64,000 nt of DNA from Moniliella sp. 'wahieum' (taxonomy: Eukaryota), in NCBI GenBank assembly GCA_003971905.1, contig RSEE01000106.1, forward strand, positions 124,001-188,000, written 5' to 3'. The notes below the pieces were generated by a model, which saw only the letters and a list, made by a program, of their open reading frames with translations, ran no database searches and was not told where the DNA came from. A program made the position numbers and the translations under genes. Shown piece after piece: positions 49,123 through 62,342 of this stretch. How positions within the stretch are numbered: the first letter of the stretch is position 1; each line of letters begins with the position of its first letter.

Positions 49123-50092
49123 GGTGTGGGGGGGGGAGAGACGGTGGTGAGAGAGGAGAGCGGGGGCTGGCTGCGCAAGGCCAACTACTAAAGGCAGAAG
49201 GGCGACAGGCCAAGCGTGGGGCGGGCAAAAGGCGGGACAAGTGGGTGTGGGGGCGGCGCGTGGGGCAGTGGTGCGTGGTGGGCAAACGTCCCACGGACAA
49301 CACGAACGGGGGGCAGCCCTGCTGAGTCGCACTGATGCTGACGCTTCGCTTGAGGTGGAGCTTCACATGGCACTGGCATGGGCCTCCGCTGGGACGCAAG
49401 GCCGGGTGGGGGTAGCGATATACTACTCCCCCGCGACACTGCCTGCGTGCCGGGCGAAACGGGGGGCCTGGCCGCCGGGACGTCTTCCGAGACGGCCGGC
49501 GCCCCCCCGCTCCAGCCCGCACCAGCCGCACCCCCGCCCCGTGCCCTCCCACCGCGCTGTCTCGGCGCGTGTTCAAACCATCGCCCGCCATTTCAAATTT
49601 CCCTTTCCCCTTTCCCCTTTCCCCTTTCCCCTTCCCCTTTCACTTCCACCCGTCTGTTCCGGCTTCGCCCGCATCGGTCGTCCATCCTTCCACGTGGCAT
49701 GCGTCCAAGCAGCCATCACGTGCATGCTCACGTGCCCTTAGTCCCACGCCCAAAGCGTCTTCTGCCTCCAAGCGTCACTCGACTATGCTGATCCCGCATG
49801 GCACCGGTCCTAACGCATTCTGCACCCGTGCTCAACGGCTGCTTACCAGTGCTGCCCATTGTAGTACCCGCCCTTTCGAACCACCCAACCGAGCCCCCTG
49901 GTCGCAGAGACACGATGCACAATTAGTCCCAGGAGAAAGACAGAAGCCCACAGTAGCGCTCCAGCCACCGAGCGTGTAGCGCCAAGGCGCTTCGAGCTTC
50001 AACTGAGCTTCAAGCTTCCAGACGCTCCACACATCCATCCACCCACAGCTCCAAGCACCACGCACCACGCACCACGCATCAAACATCAACCA

Positions 50093-51247
50093 TCAATCGT
50101 CAATGGGCGTGGCCTTGACGATGAGCGGGATGAAACGCAAATCTTGGGCTTGAACACGTTGTGTCCGACGGCCATCAGCAGGCCCCGCACCGCGCCCGAG
50201 TGGGACGAGATGCCAATCACCGGGTCGTCGGGAACTCATCAAACGTTTGACTCAAGCAACCGCATACGGATGTACACTGTATCCTCCGTTTCGACACCTC
50301 GTGCCGCAGCTCATCTTCCTCGGACATCTTGTCTTCTAAGACAAACTCTGGACGCGATGGTGGATGATGGTCTTGGACGAGCGCCAGTCGCACGTGTGGC
50401 TCCAAATTTGTTTCGCGCCACAGTTCGCGAATGACAGGGTGGTAGGTATCAAGCCTTTTGCCAGCACATGGTTCCACGCAGTGAGCATGGTGACTGCGCT
50501 CCGGCGAAAGGGGCTGCTGATCAACCGCGTAGGCAGCGGAGGTTGGTCCAGGTTGTCCGGTACAAGTAGCCGTTTCCATTCCGTGTCGATAGCTTGAGCT
50601 TGTTGGATACCGAGTGGCGTAAGTTCCGGTCCGGACCCCAGGTGAGCGTGCCATCGCCAAACTCATGGCTCCACTTCTCGTCCCACATCGGCCCGTACTT
50701 ATCGTTGGCCACGTTGTGGTAACCTTCGCCATGCCGACCGGCGTAAATGAGCTTGTACTGCACGCCCGGTTCGGCGTGCTCGTTGAGCTCTGTCAGTATC
50801 AGCACCACAGCCACCACAGCCCCAATCACAGGGGGTAACGAGGGAGAGAAAAAGAAAAAGAGAGAAAGGGAACGAACGAAACGGAACGTAACGTACCAAT
50901 CAATTCAGCCAGCAGATCTTTCCACGTCTTGTCACTGCGCAGGCCAAAGTTAGGCTCGAGCGGGGCCAGTTGGGGATCAGACTGCTCGTCATCGTAAAGA
51001 AAGTAGCCCTTGACGGTCTGGGGAGTGACCCAGGGTCCGCGGTAAGTGGTCAGTACTCAGTACTCAGGGGTCTGTGTCTGGTCTGTGGCGAGTGGCCAGG
51101 TCGGGGGAGGGAGGGGGGGTGGGGGGGAGCTCATCGATCATCCGAGCAGAAATGGGGCATGGGCAGGCGGGAGGGAGACGCGAGACGTACTTCGAAGGTG
51201 TACTTGGGCTTGGGCCAGCGATAGGATTCGGTGGGAATAGGTGCCAT
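50093..51247 (-). CDS. Histidine phosphatase / phosphoglycerate mutase-like protein (PMU1 type), 2 introns, indels
   Basis: YKLIYAGRHGEGYHN, GDGTLTWGPD..LTPLG, SSPFRRSAVT, HTCDWRSSKT, ISSHSGAV. Confidence 0.82.
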
Positions 51248-53087
51248 AGGGACGGGTAGGGGTAGGTAAGGGGTAAGGCTAAGTCGGAGGTGAGGCCTGA
51301 GGTGAGGTGGTGGGTGGTAAGATCTAAGAAGAAGAAGAATACGCGCGCGCGCAAACGACGACACCGGCCGTGCGGCCCTGAGGCTCAGGCCTGAGGCCCT
51401 GAGACCAGAGGCTAGAGGTCACCTTTTTCTTGCTGGAAACCGTCCCGATGGGGTCAGCTTAGCCTAAGCACTAAGGCTTAGTACTTAGTACTTAGTGTTG
51501 TTCAACTGAACGTTCATATTCAGGTGACATGTGAACATGCCGGGCCGGACGCAGGCGCTAGGCCGTAGTGCCGTGGCAGCATGTCAGGGTGAGTGTGATG
51601 GGCCACGTCATCCATTCATCATCGATCGACAGGTGCAATGGAGTTGCTATTTCCTATGTCCCTTGTCCCTAGGCCTTACGCGCTAGGTACGGCAGTGGCG
51701 CATGTGTGCCCATCTGGCCCAGGTGCTTCAAGCTTCCTTCAAGCTTCAGGCCCGCCTCGACGTTCGACGCGCCACTCGACTACCGGACTCGAGATATGGC
51801 GGGCCAATCATGATCAGGCTAGTCAGGCTAGTCAAGCTAGTCAGGCCTCAGGGACGCAGAGATGCACCGGGTCCTTCCGCCGGCCTAGGCCACGGGCCTC
51901 CCAACACACTATTACGAGGCTCACGCGTCCCGGCCAGGAATCATAATCAGATCCTTCAAGAGTCCATTCGTGGGATCTCTCGCAAGATGGACCGACGCTG
52001 CAAACGGATAGTATGGTGCAGGACGGGCTGTGCCTGTACGCTACTAATCGCACGAGGTCAAACTCCTCAAGATTGAATGGACAGTAAGGCCTTGAGGCAT
52101 CAGGCCTCAGGTCTGATGGGGACAAAACAAAGGCAGTGTGGTTGTGGTGCCTTGACGCTGTGGCATTTCCACAACGGGCGCGACAGTGAAGCTTGACGCT
52201 TGACGCTTGACGCTTGTGGAGGAGGATTCGCCGAGTTGGGTTCTTTTGGGTCTGTAACAAGCATGCCATATCCCTGTTCAACGTTCGTGCGGTGCAACGT
52301 GCAGCACGTCCGAGAGAGTTGTGTAGGGGACCCGTTGCGGTGCGCAGAGCCAGAGCAGCCTGGTGAAGCTGGAAGGATATTGTAAAGTGTTTGGAGGTCC
52401 CAGGTCCCGAGCGGGGGTGGCGGGACGAGGGATGGGTTGATCATAGAATCAAGGTTAATGCAGGCTTGCGAAGAGGCGCGTCTCTGCTCCAAAGCGGGCA
52501 TGGACAAAGTGACAAAGTGACAAAGGGTACTATAACAACATGGACAAAGTGACAAATGGATAACTGGAGAAGTTGCCGATACGTTTTCTGCGCATCTGCG
52601 TATGCGGTTCATTAGTGCCCAGCCCGGAGGATGGTGCAACCGCCAACCCAGGGCTAAGGCGCAAAAGTCAAGGTTGGATGTGGCCACAATGTGGACAAGT
52701 GTGGGACACATTGCATCATGCATCATGCGTACCGCGTAACGCGTAATGTGGCAATTCTCCTACTCTAATACTGCCCCACCTTCTACTTATTGATGCATGA
52801 TGAGACACCGAGAGAAGGGTTACTGTAAACATGATAGAATGTAACATGTAACCCGTAACACACCCTCAACTGTGGCTGTATTTAGTAAGAGTCAGTGACT
52901 AGTGACTTGTCAAGTGACATGACTAGTACATACTATCCGTCCCTTACCCCTTAGCCCTTAGCCTTTACCCCCCCCTACCTTCGTCGGCATGAACTATATG
53001 AACTTCCCGCATTTCGTTTTGCCACTTGCCACTTGCCACTTGCCATTTACTTGAGCATGGTCAATGAGTCAAAGCGGTCAACGTTAG

Positions 53088-53262
53088 TGTCACAGTCGGG
53101 GGGCGAGGGAGACCAGGATCGGACTAGGCCAAGGGTGTAGCAATCGTTCGTGGGGAAGAAGCAAAACAGAGGACATGGTGCGAAGTGGAAGGAACAGGGA
53201 AGGAGCGAGACGCTCGAGACGAAGAAATTGGAAATGGGAGCGAGATCAGCCAAACTATGACA
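53088..53262 (-). mobile_element. Solo LTR family B (175 bp) with perfect TSD GTTAG
   Basis: TGTCA...TGACA termini, GTTAG on both sides, homologous to 8884-9297. Confidence 0.88.
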
Positions 53263-55090
53263 GTTAGTACTACTGTAGTTACTATAGTTATACTTACTAC
53301 TGTGGTGCTCCAGCAAGCTCCGGCGGTTGGAGATCCTCTCTTGTGTTTTGCCGTTCAGCCCCAGTTTAGCATCCGCCACACGGTTCGCGTGCAACCGTTG
53401 CCTTGGCGTTCCCGGAGCCCTCTCCTGTACACAATCAAGTGTACTCAGTACTTAGTGCTGAAGAAGTGTATAAGACCTTTAATAATTGCCCCCCATTAGT
53501 GAGAGACCTGACTAGTGACTAGTTACTAGCAAGTTACTAGCCAGTTACTGAGGCAGGTATGGCGTCTTGCAACCTGACTAGCCGCCTGTGGAGACGTTAA
53601 ACGTTAAGATCTGAGAGCCTGTAAGCTGTACCGCGTAACGCATTCAGTTAACGTCTGTATAAACGTCGGAACCTGATGCGCTGACGCCTCTGAGCCCTGG
53701 ATAGTGGCCGTGGGCTCTTGAGGTCTGATCTCAGATGCTATTCATGCTATTCATGCAGTGTGCAGTGTGGTTGCACGTTTGCCGGGATTTGCTTGCCACT
53801 GGCCTTGGCAGAGGTATCCGACGTTGACGTTTAACCTTTAACGTCTTAAGATCTTAACCCTGTCTATTGCTGCTTTGGGCCTTGGGATTTGGGGTGGCTG
53901 CGTACTAGTCTCAAATGGCATGTGACAGTCAGCAGGTGTCCGTCCCTCTGCACCTCTTGGCAGTGGAACAACACTACTTAAAACGCGGATGCATCATCGA
54001 CACATTCATCCAGTCCACTGGGGTCGTAGGGTAGGCGCAGGTGGGCGCTCGAAGGGTTCTTTTGGGTGGGGTGTGGGCGCGACGCCAAGCAAAATATTAG
54101 AAACGAGAAGGACCAAGCTCACGTCGCTGCAGGGCACAAGCTCTCGGTGGCGGAAGAGAGTGCGCGAGCTGCGGACTGCGGGGCATCACACTCGCGGTCC
54201 TCGATCCTCAGATGTCTTGGCACATCCAGTATGTCCTGTGCAAAGCTGTGCCAAAACGGCGTTGAAGCGTTGGCGGCGAGCGACCGCCGGACAGATGGTT
54301 GCGGGGGGGGTATAACCGGTAACCGGTACTTGTAAGCGGAACCCGTGTACCCGCGCCAAGGCAGACGGGCAGAGGCAGAGCAAGGTGGATGTAGGCCAGA
54401 AGGAATATGGATGGATCCAGGAGGTGCCTGGACCCTAGTTCCTAGTGCCTAGTGGCTCAGTCATCCTGTCGGCTTGTCAGCGCCCCATGGACGCTCGCAC
54501 TGGGGCGACTCGATTGTGGTGTACGTACCCAGCGGGCAGTGCTACGTACGGATCGTGTCGAGTATGTAGTGGACAGACGGGCGTTTGCTCGGGTGGGCGC
54601 TGCTGCGCACGGGGTGCGCTGTGCTCGGGTGTGCGCATCGGGCGTCCTGTGCGGGCGGGAGGCTGGGCCTGAGTCATGAGCCTGAGCGGTGGGAGGTGCG
54701 GCGTGGGGCACTTGTGGCTGCAGAGCCAGCAGGGTGGATGGTGGAGGGGCTGGGCTGCTGACAGGCGCTGACTTCACACAGGCGCCGTGCGGGCGAGGGT
54801 GACAGCCGCCACGGCTTGGGCGGTGCCGAGGCGCGTGGCGCAGGCACACGGGCGCTGTGTGATGTGGCGCTGGGTTGTGAGCGCACGCCTGCGCACGCGG
54901 GCAGTGTGCCACTGCGTCCTGGGATCGGAGACGGGGCATCCGCCCTGCTCCGCGCCCACGCGAACACAGCAGCGGTGATGCATGATGTGCGCATGTGATG
55001 GGCGGTGGGTGACGCGTGACAGCGTCAGATCGCACATCTGAGCCTCAGAATGCATCCGCACAAGCCTGCGTCTGCCCCACCGCATCCAGC

Positions 55091-57800
55091 ATGGCCGCCC
55101 CCTCCCCCTCCACCTCCACCTCCATGCCCACGCCCAGCCCCCTCGCCGCTGCGCTCGACGCCGTGCTCGACCCGCGCACCCACCTCACCTCCACCTCCCT
55201 CGCCTCCATGCCCTCCCTCTCCGACGCCTCCTCCTCCTCTACGCCCCGCCGCCTCGGCCCTGGCCCTGCCCGCGCCTCGGACGCCTCCTTCGCCAGCCTC
55301 CTGAGCCGCCGCAGCTCCTCCCTCCCGCCCCGCCCCTCGCTGCCCGCCGCGGCCACCCCACCATGCTCCTCGACTCGCTGCCAAACCCTCCCTCGACGAC
55401 CAGCTCGCCGCCCACTTCCACCCCCTCGTCCTCTCCCCTCCGGCCGAGGAGGACGAGTGGGCGTTGGTCGCCCCCTCGCTCGCGCCATTGCAGACCAACT
55501 CCGCTTCCCCTCTGCCCGGCTTGCCCTGGGCGAGCACTGGCTGCCCCACTCCACACCTTGCTTCTCCTCGCTGCCGACGCCGCACCGCCCCGCGCGACGC
55601 CCAGACCCAGCTCGCACGTGTCGTAGGCAACCTATGCGTTGACTGTCGTATGTCCCCGCCGTCCCTGCCCCGCCCCTGCCCCTGCCCTGCCCCTGCCCCT
55701 GCCCTGCTCTGGGCCCGAGCCTTCGCCTTCCTCGCCTCGCCCGTGGACAGAGAAGGAGGACTAACCCACTGCGCCTGTCTTGCCCTCTATTCTGTCCAGC
55801 CGAGAACCGAACCCGCCTATTCCGCCTCACAGTGGCCGAGCCGGTACTGGACGTGGCGCGTTCCGCTTTGGACGATGCGGAGCTGGATCCGAGTTTGCTG
55901 CGCGCTACAGTGGGCGCGCTGTACAACCTTCAACTTGACCATCAACCTACACGTCAGTTCCTCTACCACCACCCTACGGCGCTTGCCTCGCTCTTCCGCC
56001 TCGGTTCGGACCCCCGCGTACTGGCCCTCCCTGAACTGAGCGGTACAGTCTGGAGGGTTCTTCAGGACGTACTGCTTCCTCCTGACGAGGATGTGGCACC
56101 GAGCTATTCGTCGGATTCGTATGCTTCTCTCTGCCTGCCGGGTCAGGGTCTGACTCTGCCCCGGACCTGGAGCGAGGGGCAGAGGATATCCTGGGGCGGG
56201 AGGAGCAAGTGCACGAGCAAGACCAAGACCAAGACCAAGAGCAAGACCAAGAACAAGAGCAAGTGGGAGTGGGAGCTGAAGCGGAAGAGGAAGTGATGAT
56301 GGGCCTTCCTGTGCGTCATTAGACGAGGAGGAGAGTTTCGTTCCGCTTCATGCGATGGGAGCAGCAGTTGACGCGACAACGCACGTGCTGCACCATTTTC
56401 TCTCGTCCGAAGCGGGCAGTGGTAACGGGGAAGTGTTATCGGTAGCGACGGATGTGGTGGAGATGGGAGCGCTCGAGTGTCCCGAGTGGCGTTGCTTGGC
56501 AGCGCACCCACCGCACGTATCTACGTACCTATCCTTTATCCGAACCTCGCTCGACCCCACCGCGACGCAGGCCGTGCAACGCAGTGTACTTGCCATCTCG
56601 CAGGACGAGCAGGCAGTAGGACAACTGTTACGCGAAGGAAGTTGGTGGAGCTGTACTTTGGTCCAGCTTTTACCGCACGATCCACTCGCTTTGATCCTCT
56701 TGGGCAATACGGTGGGTACACCATCCCACTGTGTCCTGCTTGCGCAACAAGGGATAGCGCACATGCTCGCACCCATCTTCACCCATGCCCGTGCAACAGG
56801 CGACGTGGCGCTAACCGCCTCACTTTTGGGCATAGTCAAAACGCTAGCTGGGCCACTGGAGACACGTGGTCCGCTCGGGGCAGCAGGGTGGGTCGAACTT
56901 GCTTTTTCCATCTTGGTCCATCCTCTCGTCGAGCCTGGGTCTGATGGGGCTGAGCTTAGGTCCGAACCTGGGTCCGAGGGAGTGGGTTTGAGTTTGGGCT
57001 GGGGCCAATTGAGCTTGGGCGGGATAGAATTACTGTTTCGTGCATTGACGTTGTTAAGGTTACTCTCGCTTGGTGCAGTGGGCAACGCCGTGCGTGCCAC
57101 TTCGTCCTTACCCCTCCTTACTACCCTCGCACTCGACCCTCCTTTCTCCCTGCCTATACGACAAGAAGCTGCTCGCGTCCTGGCGTACCTAGTGCAAACC
57201 TTGTTCCTTCTCCCTGTGCCCGAAGCCGGTGCGGGACCCTTGGCCCAACCCGAACTCGAGCCCGAGCCCCAGACCTTACCCATCGCCACGGCCGAGGGCA
57301 GATCAAAGCCAAAGTCAAGACCAAACCCGCACCCACTTGCGCGGGACCTTCCGAGCCTTCTCCTGTGGCCGCGGCCGAACGAGCATGGGCCCAAGCCGAG
57401 GAAGAACAAGTGATGGAACAAACGTTTTCGGCTGTTCGACTGGACGAGCGCGACTTGTGACGCGCCGCTGTGGTAGCCAGTTTAGCTGTCCTTTTACCTG
57501 GTCCTGAAGCGGTGGCGAACGAAGCGTTTTCGGCGCTACGCTTACTGGTTAGTTCCAGTCCTTCGTTGGTTGCTCACCAAGTGGAAAGGGCAGGTAAAGC
57601 CGGCACGTTACCACTTGGTCTAGGACTTGGGGTTGGGTTTGGGGTTGGGTTTGGGGTTTCCCCTCACGCATCGGCACTAGCGACGTACAATACTGCTTTT
57701 GCTGCTCACCTTGGCCCAGGCTGGCGAGGTGGGCGCTTGTCACCCTGTTCGAACCCAAGTTCACAACCTTGCCCAGTCGTCGTGGGACGCTGCGCCGTTA
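55091..57800 (+). CDS. Armadillo-repeat protein, SmgGDS/Bem4-like; intron ~55648-55799; indels; 3' end uncertain
   Basis: QLARVVGNLCVDC|.ENR, LLRATVGALYNLQLDH, ILLGNTV, SLLGIVKTLA, QEAARVLAYLV, VANEAFSALRLL. Confidence 0.6.
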
Positions 57801-58399
57801 GCTCAGGCGCTGCCCCGTTCTCTAGCTTTTCGAGCTGCTCTAATATGTTTGGAACGTTTGGAGCTTTTGGAGCGTTTGGAACTCCCCCCCCCCCCCCCCC
57901 CCCCTTTTTGTCCCCGATGTGGAACCTCTCTTTTGTTGCCATCCTCCGTCTCTTGCCATCCTCCGTTGCCGTCCCCCTGCACTGCTTATCTATAGATCAC
58001 TTTCTTCCCGACCCGCCCCCCCCCCCCCCCCCCCTGGCCCCGTCCGGGACGCCTTCGGTTCTGTCCGTGTGGAAGTAGCGCAAATAGGTAATAGTCAGGT
58101 ATATAGCCCCCCCCCCCCGACCCGCACGCGCCACGTACTGATAGTACTAATAGTGGTACTGCTTAGTGGCTGTCCGTAGGTCTACCATGTTTTGGCAATG
58201 CTAACGATATGTGGTACCTCTGAGGTCAACCGAGGTTTGCGATTTGAGGCTTGAGAGCTTGAGGCTTGAGGCTTGGGGCTTGAGAGCTTAAAGCTTGAAG
58301 CTTGAAGAGAGAAGGAAAGGCATGTACAGCCCAGACTGAGGGACTTAGACGGTACAGGCCACTCAAACGACGCTGGCTTTATAGGGCACCCAGAGGGTT

Positions 58400-58501
58400 C
58401 CAAGCACCAAGCGCCAAGCTCCAAGTTCCAAGCTCCGAGCTCCAAGTTCCAAGTTCCAAGTTCCAAGTTCCAAGTTCCAAGTTCCAAGTTCCAAGTTCCA
58501 A
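58400..58501 (+). repeat. (CCAAGTT)n heptamer array, 8 perfect units at 58442-58497 plus degenerate units
   Basis: Direct read. Confidence 0.95.
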
Positions 58502-60177
58502 ACACCATGCACCAACCATCAACGTTCAACTGAACGTTCAACTTGAACGTTCAACCCACCACCCCCTCTCTGCTCGGTCCCTCACACGTCACGTGTCACG
58601 CGCCACTTCCCGCAGCCTCTTGTACTCATTACTCATGTCTCCATTTCGTGCGGTAAAAACCAACAGGCCAAAGTCGCATGGCCTGCTCTCGCATCAGTAT
58701 CAGTCATCAGCTTTTAACGTTTACCATTTAACCAGTAACCAGCACGCTCTGTATTCCCATCCTGGCTCAGCGCTAGTCAGCGCAGTCAGCAGTCATCTAG
58801 TCATAGTCAGCTAGATTGACTCTCCTGTATGTATGCAGGCACAGAAGCTGAAAAGTATATCTGTAGTGGTGGAGGCTTCATAGCTTCCATTCATGATTCC
58901 TGTTGCTGGATGTAGCTCCATAACGAGGGTTTTGCGGGCTAGCGCGTTCGGGCAATAATTCAAACGAGGCCGTGATGCGTCTCCACAAAAAGGAGGGTGG
59001 GTATTATAGCTGGGGCAGTCGCACGGGCCTCATCAGCCCCATCACTGCCCCACTGCCCCCACTGCCCCCACTGCTCGCCCCTTAACATGGTACAGGTCTG
59101 TGATCAGTGAAAAACCGGTCACCGCCTCAGCAAGAGGTGGTGCGTAGGATTATCGATACCAGAATAGAAGGAGCACAGAAAAGGTTCCTCTCGCTGGAGC
59201 TGGACCCTCTCGGACGGAGCCTAATATAAATTCAGCCCCCATCAGGCCTCAGGGCCTCAGGCCTCAGGGACCGAGACAGGAAGAAGCCACCCACATGGGG
59301 TCTGGATCCAATCGATCGATATCGATCTTGACACGCTTATTCATACGATTCACGCTTCAAGCCAGTATTGATAGCAGTAGGTGTTGTTCACCTGAACCCT
59401 GAACTCTGAAGTTCAGATCTAGACGCGGCTCGGCCTGTTCAACATCCAACATCCAACGTTTAACGTTCAACGTTCAACGTGCAAGTCTCCCCTCCAGTCG
59501 CACCTGTCAGCACGCCCACGGAGTACACAACTCAGTTCAGACTAAGTACTGATGAGTCAGTACAGTGTACTGAGTAGTACAGTCGATCCCATGGCTTCTT
59601 CCACGTTCTCAGGTGTTCCCTTGTTCAACGGAGGAAACGCGCAACGCGCAACGCGTAAAGATAGTAACGCGGAACGCGTATACGACAACGTTCCTTCATC
59701 AAGTGCATCATCAATGATTCATACCACTCACAAAAAAGATGATTCATCGATCATCTCCGACGTCGTCGCCATATCTCTCAACGCTCCACTCGTCCACGTC
59801 CCCGCAATGTCTAGTGACTAGTGACGAGTAAATGCACGGTTCACGCGTTCACCCACGGTCGAACGGAAACCCACTACTGGAGGTGCTTGATCGATTACCG
59901 GTTACCGGGTACCTGGTTACACCATCGCGTTAATAGTAGTACCCGCAATAGCCCCCATCCGTGAGGACGGCGGGGATGATCGATGACATGTGACGCCATC
60001 GACTATGGAACCGATGAAGGACTCACATGTCACACGAGAGAGCATCGGCCGGTGCGATCCATGCAATTCAGTAGCACAGCCGGACCCCCGAGGATCCAAG
60101 GATCGAAAGGACAATAGGACCGTGAGATGAACCTCTCGTCCCATATAGAAATACAACTGTGTAAGGCATTGGTATAC

Positions 60178-60264
60178 GGATCCTTAGCTCAGTGGCAGAG
60201 TGTTACTTTCCGGCTACGCCCGAAAGTCATGGTAATGGTCGTCGGTTCGACCCGGCAGGATTCG
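60178..60264 (+). tRNA. tRNA-Arg(CCG) with ~16-nt intron
   Basis: GGATCCT/AGGATTC acceptor, GCTC/GAGT D stem, TTACT/GGTAA anticodon stem, loop TT-CCG-G, TTTTTT terminator; T loop one nt short. Confidence 0.75.
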
Positions 60265-60496
60265 ATTTTTTATTGAAGTTGGAAGCCGGTTCAGGTCACT
60301 GAAGATACAGGCTGGTGGTGCCTTAGTTTTGCGGATGTGGTGTTGCTGTGCATCGCTGCGTCCCTACTAGGCCCTCGCCTCTTCCTACTCGTCCTCTCCC
60401 GCCAACCCAATTCTCCCGAGTCACGACTGTCTGCGCGTTTGTCTTTTGGGTGTAGAATAGGCTGCTAAAAGGGCATACATAACAACGCGGGTCTTG

Positions 60497-61777
60497 TTAG
60501 TCGCTGACAACGGGATCGCTGTCCTCGTCCTCGTCAGCTTCCTCCTGTTCATCTTCACTGCCCTCCTTGACCTGTGTGGCCTTGTTCTGGGCCTTGTTTC
60601 CGCCAACCGATCGGCCTAGACGAATGCAAAAGTTATTGTAGGCCGGACCGACACGCACCTCGTGCTTTTTGAATACTGTTCCGTCCCATTCCGCTTCGCC
60701 TCCTTCGACTAGTTTGCGACGCAAGAGCCAGCGAGTCAACTTGAGGCTGTCAGCTTGGTGCACCACGTCGTACCCTGCATGGTTGACGAGGGAGCGGAAC
60801 GTGTCCGGGTCGAGGTACCGCGAGTTGCTCATGCACGCCAAGGGAAGTACGACAAATACATACCCCCTTGGCGTGAGGAACTGGTGCGGACGCACCAACA
60901 TGTCTCCCTGGCAAATAGATCCCCTTCAAAATTAATCACGAGCGAAAGCGATACGATATCAAACTTGGGATCCTCCTCGCCCCCCTCCGGAGGCGCCAAC
61001 TGGAAGAAATCCGCTTTGGAAACCAACTCCCCTTGCGGGTTCAGGTCAATCGAAGTAGCGTCAATCCAGCCAAACTTTGAATACGCCGTGCCCGACAGCG
61101 CACCCACATCGAGCAACCGAGCCTGGACAAGTGGGTTAGCTTTTCGCTCTTACCTAAAAAAAGAGAAAAAAAGGAAGAGGAAGAGGAAGAGGAACAGGAA
61201 GACAGAGAGATAGCGGGCGGGAGGGGGAGGTAAACGTACCCTACGACGTCCATGTTCCGCCTGATACGTCTTCCATTCCGGGCCAAACGCCTTGACGAGC
61301 CACTTGGACGTTTCACCCGCATTGTTGAGATCTTTGCCACGGAGCGACTCGGCCTGGTACGCGGCCAAATCCGCCAACTGCGCCTCCAGCTCCAGCACAG
61401 CGAGGTTGGCTTTAACATCACCGGTTTGGCTCTGTGCCTTGGCCTGCGCAAGGCGCTTTTGCAGGGTATGGTACTCGGCGATCTTTTGAGCGTGGTCGGT
61501 TTGGTCAGTGTGAGACGCTGACTTTTTGCTCTTGGTCTGGGGTGCCGATTTGGCCGCGGATTTGGACGCAGATTTGGACCCAGCTTTCGGAGTAGCCTTG
61601 GCGTTGGAAGTGGCATCAGAGGTGGAAAGGTCTTTTTCCGTTCTTGGCGCCTCCGCGCTTGCCGCGGGGACGGATGAGCTTGCCCTTCTTGCTCTTCTTC
61701 GCTGCGGCCACGGCCGGCGGAGCAGCCGAAGGAGCAGCCGAAGGAGCAGCTGAGGGCGCAGCGGCAAATTCAGCCAT
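60497..61777 (-). CDS. BMT2: 25S rRNA adenine-N1 methyltransferase Bmt2; intron ~61123-61238; indels
   Basis: IAEYHTLQK, YQAESLRG, GETSKWL, LLDVGALS, IDLNPQ, ADFF, FDIVSLSLVINF, VVLPLACMSNSRY, NNFCI. Confidence 0.9.
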
Positions 61778-62016
61778 GATGCGGAAAGGTGGTGCGGAGA
61801 GGGAGGCGGCGGGAAAGCACAAGAGACCTCGAGGACGAGGAAGAGGTGAGGCCAAAGCAGCGGGCCACTCCACTGGGCAGGTAATAGGTTTTGCGTTTCG
61901 GTCAGTTTGGCCTGCCGCCCAAGGCCGACGAAAAAAAAGCATAGGTGCGGGCGCATTCCGCCGGTGGAATTCCGCTGTGGGTGGCGCTTCGGGGCAGATA
62001 TTGTCGTCAAAAAAAT

Positions 62017-62105
62017 TTCCCCGACCGGGAGTCGAACCCGGGTCTTGACGGTACCTGCTGGAGAGCAGTGAGAGCGTCACATCATAGCCGTTGGACCATC
62101 GAGGA
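62017..62105 (-). tRNA. tRNA-Glu(CTC) with ~17-nt intron
   Basis: TCCTCGA/TCGGGGA acceptor, TGACG/CGTCA anticodon stem, loop CT-CTC-A, GGTTCGACTCC, poly-T terminator. Confidence 0.92.
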
Positions 62106-62342
62106 GTAGATGCCAGCTGAGGCCAGCATAAAAGACATGCACTTCGGTACTCCCACCTGCTCTTCGTATCCTATTTTTGGGATAACCCTCTCCCTCCCCG
62201 TGGCTGCCCTATGTCCTGGTCGGCCCTCGGGCATCTACCAGCTACGGACACACGCCGCCTGCCTTTCCTTCCTTGGCTGCCTTGACTTGCATTGACTTGG
62301 CAGGTCACATCTGTCGTAAACCATCCATCGCAGCCCAGCGGC

